From positions 780,078 to 844,077 of the forward strand of contig OY970295.1 in the NCBI GenBank assembly GCA_963716185.1: a stretch of 64,000 nucleotides of DNA. The letters are read 5' to 3'. The notes beneath the pieces were generated by a model. That model had not been told where the DNA came from, made no database searches, and saw nothing but the letters and a program-made list of their open reading frames with translations. Source of the stretch: Thermodesulfovibrionales bacterium (GTDB lineage Bacteria > Nitrospirota > Thermodesulfovibrionia > Thermodesulfovibrionales > SM23-35). A program made the position numbers and the translations under genes. This document shows, in pieces, positions 8,130-13,985 of the stretch (position 1 is the stretch's first letter; every line of letters begins with the position of its first letter).

Positions 8130-9218
8130 ATGAATGATAAAAAATATAAACTACTACTTTTAGTACTTGTATCAGCCGCGTGCTATTTTTTAATGTCCCC
8201 TGCCTCTCTTTATTCCTTCTCTCCGGGGCAGAGCCCTCATTTTGATAAAAGCAAACTACCTAAGGGCTGCGGCAGCTGCCACAGGGGCCATGGAGTATTT
8301 AATTCCTCGATGCTGCCCGAATCGATCGATGTATTCTGCTTCAGATGCCACGGCAACAATTTGAGTACTGCGAATGTCAGAAGTGAAGGAGCGCTTTCAA
8401 AACATATCACTGCTCCTGATATCCAGAAGGAATTTAATAAACCATATCGCCACCCTGTTGAAAAAACTGTTATTACCGGTAGCAGCGAGAGTTCCTCTCG
8501 AACAAACCGGTCCGCACCGAGGCACGCTCAATGCACGGATTGTCATAATCACCACTATGCTACAAAGGAAAACACATTGGCAGGAATTAAAGGAGTAAGC
8601 GCTCAGGGTCTATCTGTTAATAAAATAAATTCCGAGTATGAGCTTTGCTTCAAATGCCATTCAAACAGCGCCAATCTTCCGCCTGATGAGAAGAACAAAG
8701 CAGACCAATTCAAGATTTCGAATCCATCCTATCACCCGATTATTGCACAGGGAAAGAATATAGATGTGCCGAGCCTTATTAATCCTTTGACCGCCTTAAG
8801 TATTATCAAATGCACAGACTGTCATAATAATGATGACCCATTTGGTCCAAAGGGGCCCCACGGCTCTTCTTACAGATACATTTTAAAGAAAAATTTTACG
8901 GAAACAGATGGTCCGGAGGGACCGTTTCAATATGAACTTTGTTACTCTTGTCACAGGCGGGAGAGCATTCTCGGCAATGAAAGCTTTTTTTACCACGACC
9001 TGCACGTCTCGGTCGTTGGCGCTTCGTGCAGGACATGTCATAACCCCCACGGCAGCAGCCAGTACGCCCATCTTATCGATTTCGATAACCTGTCTGTCAC
9101 TCCTTCAAGTAAAGGCTTCATTGAATATAGACAATTCGGAAGAAGAGCAGGGGAATGTTTTCTTAACTGCCATGGGAAAGACCACAGCCCGTTATCATAT
9201 CCCGTGAAGATCCAGTAG
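8130..9218 (+). CDS. multiheme c-type cytochrome (7 CXXCH plus 1 CX3CH)
   Basis: CGSCH, CFRCH, CTDCH, CFKCH, CTDCH, CYSCH and CRTCH, plus C-terminal CFLNCH. Signal peptide. 14-nt gap from the upstream gene. Confidence 0.85.
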   Translation: MNDKKYKLLLLVLVSAACYFLMSPASLYSFSPGQSPHFDKSKLPKGCGSCHRGHGVFNSSMLPESIDVFCFRCHGNNLSTANVRSEGALSKHITAPDIQKEFNKPYRHPVEKTVITGSSESSSRTNRSAPRHAQCTDCHNHHYATKENTLAGIKGVSAQGLSVNKINSEYELCFKCHSNSANLPPDEKNKADQFKISNPSYHPIIAQGKNIDVPSLINPLTALSIIKCTDCHNNDDPFGPKGPHGSSYRYILKKNFTETDGPEGPFQYELCYSCHRRESILGNESFFYHDLHVSVVGASCRTCHNPHGSSQYAHLIDFDNLSVTPSSKGFIEYRQFGRRAGECFLNCHGKDHSPLSYPVKIQ

Positions 9219-9295
9219 CGTAGCCGCCTTTGAAAGATTCCCTTTAACCCAATTGAATAATGCAGATGTTGTGAATCCCGAGTATGATGACGTTA

Positions 9296-9389
9296 TTGGA
9301 AAAATTTCTCCTGACCTCCCTTTGGAAAAGGGAGGGATTATTCCCCTCTTTGGCAAAGAGGGGCAAGGGGAGATTTTTCGGAAATTGTC
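9296..9389. repeat. double-hairpin intergenic repeat, family 1, copy A
   Basis: Hairpins CCTCCCTTTGGAAAAGGGAGG (9315-9335) and CCCCTCTTTGGCAAAGAGGGG (9343-9363), flanked by GGAAAAAT.. / ..ATTTTTCGG. About 90 percent identical by eye to the reverse complement of 11901-11994. Confidence 0.85.
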
Positions 9390-9419
9390 CGCTTACTTAT
9401 GAACTCCTTAATAACAACC

Positions 9420-9887
9420 TCAATTAGAAGGGCCTGAATTGATTTCTTTCAGAATCATTTCTATGACGATTGGGACCTTGCTTTCGATCTCAGGTGTTAA
9501 GCGTTCGCTTTCAGTTTCCGTATCTGCAGGTACAACTCCGATAAATATGGTTTCAGGGCACTTGCCCGTTAATTTTATCCCTTCCAGCGTTTCAATCAGG
9601 TGCAATTTTGCCGGATCCGTCTTTCCGTGCACCGTTAACGGAACTTCTTCCTGCCTAAGGCGGACTACGGAACCCGGCTGGTCATTTGTACGAAATACGT
9701 CAACGACAATCATTTTATCTTTGCCTTCGATTACATGAGGAACCATGCAGGCTGAAAGACCTACCTCCATAAAATCCACATTTTCAGGCAGCTTCATTTT
9801 CTCCAAAACTTTTGCCACATGATAACCGAAACCTAAATCAGACGCATAAGGATAACCGCAACATAATATTAAAATGTTTTTTTTCAC
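9420..9887 (-). CDS. hydrogenase maturation endopeptidase-like protein (HybD/HycI family, divergent)
   Basis: 155 aa. Aligned by eye to HybD as I remember it: ILILCCGYPYASDLGFGYHV, MIVVDV...QPGSVVRL..EEVP, IGVVP...LTPE. 4-nt overlap with the pdxJ stop. Confidence 0.6.
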   Translation of the reverse strand: MKKNILILCCGYPYASDLGFGYHVAKVLEKMKLPENVDFMEVGLSACMVPHVIEGKDKMIVVDVFRTNDQPGSVVRLRQEEVPLTVHGKTDPAKLHLIETLEGIKLTGKCPETIFIGVVPADTETESERLTPEIESKVPIVIEMILKEINSGPSN

Positions 9888-10612
9888 TTACTGATTCCTC
9901 CGAACGATATAATTAGTTTTTTCATCTCTCTTACAGCCTTCTCCATCCCAACGAGCACCGCTCTCGCTACGATACTGTGCCCTATGTAAAACCCTCTGAT
10001 GCCCTGAATAGAAGCAACTTTTGAAACATTGAAATAATTCAGACCGTGTCCTGCATTAACTTTAAGCTCCATATCCAGGGCCTGCTTCACCGAGTTTATG
10101 ACACGGGCTAATTCACTCTCCTGGTTTTTCCCTTTTGCATTTGCATACATCCCGGTATGTATCTCAACCATGTCCGAACCGATCTGTTTTGACATCTTAA
10201 TATTCCCGGAGTCAGGATTTATAAAGAGACTTACCGGCATACCCGCACCCTTGATTTTCTTTATCGCTTCACTAATATTTCTTTTCTGCGATCCTACGTC
10301 CAGCCCTCCCTCTGTGGTAAGTTCCTGTCTTTTTTCAGGCACAAGGGTAACCAGATCGGGCTTTATCCGGGCAGCGATACTTATCATTTCCTTTGTTGCC
10401 GCCATCTCAAGGTTGAGCTCAACAGGCACAAACTCCCTCAGCATCTTCAAATCCCTGTCCTGGATATGCCGCCTGTCTTCCCTGAGGTGGATCGTAATCC
10501 CGTCTGCGCCGCCGAGTATCGCCAGGGTGGCAGCCATTACAGGGTCGGGTTCGATTCCCTTCCTGGCCTCTCTTATCGTAGCTACATGGTCGACATTAAC
10601 CCCGAGCAGCAT
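9884..10612 (-). CDS. pdxJ: pyridoxine 5'-phosphate synthase
   Basis: LGVNVDHVATIREAR...GADGITIHLREDRRHIQDRD...GHGL; typical length. Confidence 0.95.
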   Translation of the reverse strand: MLLGVNVDHVATIREARKGIEPDPVMAATLAILGGADGITIHLREDRRHIQDRDLKMLREFVPVELNLEMAATKEMISIAARIKPDLVTLVPEKRQELTTEGGLDVGSQKRNISEAIKKIKGAGMPVSLFINPDSGNIKMSKQIGSDMVEIHTGMYANAKGKNQESELARVINSVKQALDMELKVNAGHGLNYFNVSKVASIQGIRGFYIGHSIVARAVLVGMEKAVREMKKLIISFGGISK

Positions 10613-10620
10613 AATTTAAA

Positions 10621-10760
10621 TCAAATTACAATAATCAAATTACAAATTACAAACAAATCTCAAATCCCAATAAAAAATTTCAAAACCAAATATCTGAGGT
10701 TTGTCTATTGAATCTTGGTTATTATTTGGAATTTGGTTATTATTATCAGCCTCCTCTCTA
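10621..10760. repeat. AT-rich imperfect inverted repeat between hypE and pdxJ
   Basis: The left arm (CAAATTACAA-type units) and the right arm (TTGGTTATTATTTGGAATTTGG) match about 70 percent as reverse complements by eye. Similar AT-rich arms flank the repeat at 13760-13985. Confidence 0.4.
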
Positions 10761-10765
10761 AGTCC

Positions 10766-11764
10766 TCAGCATATCCTCGGCAACTGATCACCGGAAAGCA
10801 TGTCCACAATACGGGTGCCGCCTATAGCTGTCTTTAATAAAACCATGCCGGAAGGCGATTCCCTGACCTCGCCGATGATCCGGGATTCTTTCCCCAACGG
10901 ATTTTTTCTCATTATCTTAACAAGAGGCTCAGCTACATCAGGGTTTGCAATTGCAATAAGTATTCCTTCGTTTGCAACATAAAGCGGATCAAGTCCGAGG
11001 AGTTCGCAGGCGCCCCTGACACCCGGCGGTACGGGTACGGCCTGCTCTTCGATCATTATGCAATACCCTGAATCCACCGCAATCTCTTTCAGTGTTGTTG
11101 CGAGGCCGCCCCTGGTAGGGTCTCTCATAGCGTGTATCTTTTTGGTTTTCTTCAACATCTCACTGACAAGGCCGTTAAGCGGAGCCGTATCACTCAAAAC
11201 AGACGGTTTGAAAGTGAGGCCGTTCCTCTCCGCGATAATTGAGACTCCGTGGTTGCCGATCGGACCGCTGAGAATGACCTTGTCCGACGGTCTGACATTT
11301 AAGGGTGAAACATCGACCCCTTTTTGAATTATCCCTACCCCTGAGGTATTAATAAATATGCCGTCGGCCTTGCCTTTGTTTACTACTTTTGTATCTCCGC
11401 CGACTATCTTTACTCCTGCCTTTTCTGCCGCTTCAGACATGGACGCAAGAATTTTTTTCAGATCTTCGAGAGGAAACCCTTCTTCGAGAATAAGCCCGAC
11501 CATGATGTAGAGAGGTTTTGCTCCCACCATAGAGAGGTCGTTCACAGTTCCATAAACCGCGAGTTCACCGATATTGCCGCCCGGGAAAAATATGGGAGAA
11601 ACAACATAAGAATCTGTTGTAAATGCAATACGTCCTTTATTCATGTCGTCAAGGACAGCTGAGTCGTTCAGCGTTTTAAGCTCGAATTTAGGGACCAAAT
11701 GCTCCCTGATTAACCGATACATCAACTTGCCGCCGCTGCCGTGCCCGAGAAGAATCCTCTCCAT
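10766..11764 (-). CDS. hypE: hydrogenase expression/formation protein HypE
   Basis: N-terminal LLGHGSGG and the C-terminal PRIC motif. ATG 11764 is preferred (GGAGG 8 nt upstream); the ORF extends to 11797. Confidence 0.95.
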   Translation of the reverse strand: MERILLGHGSGGKLMYRLIREHLVPKFELKTLNDSAVLDDMNKGRIAFTTDSYVVSPIFFPGGNIGELAVYGTVNDLSMVGAKPLYIMVGLILEEGFPLEDLKKILASMSEAAEKAGVKIVGGDTKVVNKGKADGIFINTSGVGIIQKGVDVSPLNVRPSDKVILSGPIGNHGVSIIAERNGLTFKPSVLSDTAPLNGLVSEMLKKTKKIHAMRDPTRGGLATTLKEIAVDSGYCIMIEEQAVPVPPGVRGACELLGLDPLYVANEGILIAIANPDVAEPLVKIMRKNPLGKESRIIGEVRESPSGMVLLKTAIGGTRIVDMLSGDQLPRIC

Positions 11765-11900
11765 TGATTTATCCTCCGATTTGGATTTACAAATCATTTT
11801 AACACATCCCTCAGAATGTTATATAGTATTGAGACTCGTTGAAACTTAGTTTCCATCAGTCTCTATTGAGCTCTATTACTAAAGAGTACATAAGAAAGCA

Positions 11901-11994
11901 GACAATTTCCGAAAAATCTCCCCTCGCCCCTCTTTGCCAAAGAGGGGTATAATCCCTCCCTTTGGAAAAGGGAGGTCAGGAGGGATTTTTCCAA
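11901..11994. repeat. double-hairpin intergenic repeat, family 1, copy B
   Basis: CCCCTCTTTGCCAAAGAGGGG and CCTCCCTTTGGAAAAGGGAGG hairpins with AAAAATC/GATTTTT-type ends. Inverted relative to copy A. Confidence 0.85.
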
Positions 11995-12039
11995 CGATGT
12001 CATCGTACTCATGAACTCTTTAGTAAGTCTCCATCTGTC

Positions 12040-12663
12040 TCATTCATCAGGCGGAATCCATATTTCCGAAAGGAATAGCGGCAACTCCGCGGCACATACC
12101 GGCCCAACCCTGACATTCCACCCGGTCAGGGTCTCGATATCTTCCTTTAGAGAAGCGGCGAGCCCGGGGATCATCAGGACCTTGTCAATCACTTTTTCCT
12201 CCATGCCTGTTTCTTTCAATGAATTCCATATTCTCTCCGCTGTCAGAGTTTGATAAATCATCGACATATCAACCGTATTACCGTCCGTATCCACAAATAA
12301 GACAAAGAATGGGCACGTCGTTGTTCCCAGGACAGTCATAAGCACCTGTTCAGTGTATTCATTATTTCCTGAGATTAGCAGCAGGGAATTGGGTGCAGGT
12401 TCGTTTAATTCTATAGCGCCGGCAAAGCCGGGTCTCGGATGCGTCAAAACCGGCACCTCAGGCCACAATTCTTTAATTCTATTGATCGCCTCTAAAGCAT
12501 AAGACTGGTTGCGGCTTATTAATGAACAATCCCGAGGTTTTTTAATTCCTGATTTTATTGCATCAATAAATTCCATGCACGAAGAGAGACCGCATTGCGA
12601 ACAGGCTTGATTGAGATATCTTTGAAAATCTATCTTCTCTAAATATAAATCTGCCGAGAGCAA
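12040..12663 (-). CDS. Fe-S protein with an RnfB/CdhE-type N-terminal 4Cys motif and a CFeSP-like C-terminal domain
   Basis: C21-x2-C24-x4-C29-x16-C46. From memory, the C-terminal part resembles the C-terminal Rossmann-like domain of the corrinoid Fe-S protein large subunit. TTG start 1 nt after the hypD stop. Confidence 0.6.
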   Translation of the reverse strand: MLSADLYLEKIDFQRYLNQACSQCGLSSCMEFIDAIKSGIKKPRDCSLISRNQSYALEAINRIKELWPEVPVLTHPRPGFAGAIELNEPAPNSLLLISGNNEYTEQVLMTVLGTTTCPFFVLFVDTDGNTVDMSMIYQTLTAERIWNSLKETGMEEKVIDKVLMIPGLAASLKEDIETLTGWNVRVGPVCAAELPLFLSEIWIPPDE

Positions 12664-12664
12664 A

Positions 12665-13735
12665 TTATCGCTTGATCACTCCCGAATACTTGTAATAAGC
12701 CGCGCAGCTTCCTTCTGTGCTTACCATACATGCGCCTACGGGGTGTTCAGGAGTACAGGCCTTTCCAAAGAGGCGGCAGTCCGTTGGTATCTTGAGTCCT
12801 CTGAGGACCTGACCGCACTGGCAGCCTTTCGGCTCCTGCCCGTCCGGGACCCGGATATTGAATACCAGATTGGCGTCACGGTTCTTTACCTTTTCTCTCA
12901 ATTTCAGTCCGCTCCCGGGTATTACGCCGATTCCCCGCCAGTTTGCATCACACGGCTCGAAATACTCATTGATCAAGGCCGCCGCCTTTTGGTTGCCTTC
13001 CGGTTTTACGACTCTGGTGTACTGGATCTCAACTGCCGCCCTGCCGGAGGCTATCTGCTCAAGGAGCATCATAATGGCCCGAAGGATATCTTCAGCTTCA
13101 AACCCGGTTACAACCGAGGCGATTTTGTAATCGGTCGCTATAAACTCATAAGGTTTGGTGCCGATTATTACGGTCACATGACCCGGAAGAATAAAACCGT
13201 CGATTTTTAAATCCGGAGAATCAAGGAGGGCCTTAAGTGCGGGCGGGACTATCTTATGTGCCGAATAAATATAAAAATTCTTGGCCCCCAGTCTTTCTGC
13301 CTCCTGAATTGTCCCGGCAATTGACGGCGATGTTGTTTCAAAGCCTGTCGCAAAAAATATAATATTTTTATCCTTATTTTCAACCGCGAGTTTCAATGCG
13401 TCCATTGGTGAATAGACGATGCGGATGTGAGCGCCTTCAGCCTGTGCATGATACAGAGATTGCTTATTGCTGCCCGGCACCCTCATCATATCACCGAATG
13501 TAGAGAGGATGCAGTCGTCACGTCTCGCAATCACAATGGCAGCATCCACATCCTTTATCGGTGTTACGCACACAGGACATCCGGGCCCGCTCAGGAGGCT
13601 GATCTCTTTCGGAATGATATCTCTTATGCCGTGCCTGAATATCGCCACAGTGTGCGTACCGCAGACTTCCATAAACTTTACGGGTCTTCCGATAGACCCC
13701 ATAAGGTCCTTTATTTTTCCAGCGATGTCTTCCAT
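12665..13735 (-). CDS. hypD: hydrogenase formation protein HypD
   Basis: FMEVCGTHT, GPGCPVCV, and C-terminal Cys motifs (CQCG, C...C). GAGGAG SD upstream. Confidence 0.95.
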   Translation of the reverse strand: MEDIAGKIKDLMGSIGRPVKFMEVCGTHTVAIFRHGIRDIIPKEISLLSGPGCPVCVTPIKDVDAAIVIARRDDCILSTFGDMMRVPGSNKQSLYHAQAEGAHIRIVYSPMDALKLAVENKDKNIIFFATGFETTSPSIAGTIQEAERLGAKNFYIYSAHKIVPPALKALLDSPDLKIDGFILPGHVTVIIGTKPYEFIATDYKIASVVTGFEAEDILRAIMMLLEQIASGRAAVEIQYTRVVKPEGNQKAAALINEYFEPCDANWRGIGVIPGSGLKLREKVKNRDANLVFNIRVPDGQEPKGCQCGQVLRGLKIPTDCRLFGKACTPEHPVGACMVSTEGSCAAYYKYSGVIKR

Positions 13736-13823
13736 TTGTTTCTCCTCTTAATTTTTTAGGTTACAGCAAATCCTAAATTCTAATATCCAATTCTAAACAT
13801 AACGTTATAAATAAAATGCGCAT

Positions 13824-13934
13824 GTCATTCCCGCAATCCCGAAAGCTTTCGGGAGTCGGGAATCCTTCCGAAACAACCCCCTGGCCCCCTTTTGTAAGGG
13901 GGAACAAGAAAGATTCCGGACAAGCCGGAATGAC
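13824..13934. repeat. composite GTCATTCC-type repeat, family 3, with a nested 18-bp palindrome
   Basis: GTCATTCCCGCAA [TCCCGAAAGCTTTCGGGA, 13837-13854] GTCGGGAATCC ... CCCCCTTTTGTAAGGGGG ... GATTCCGGACAAGCCGGAATGAC. The terminal arms are inverted. Confidence 0.8.
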
Positions 13935-13985
13935 AGCCTATACGCATATGTTATGAGCATTTAGTATTTCGAGCTTGGAATTTTT

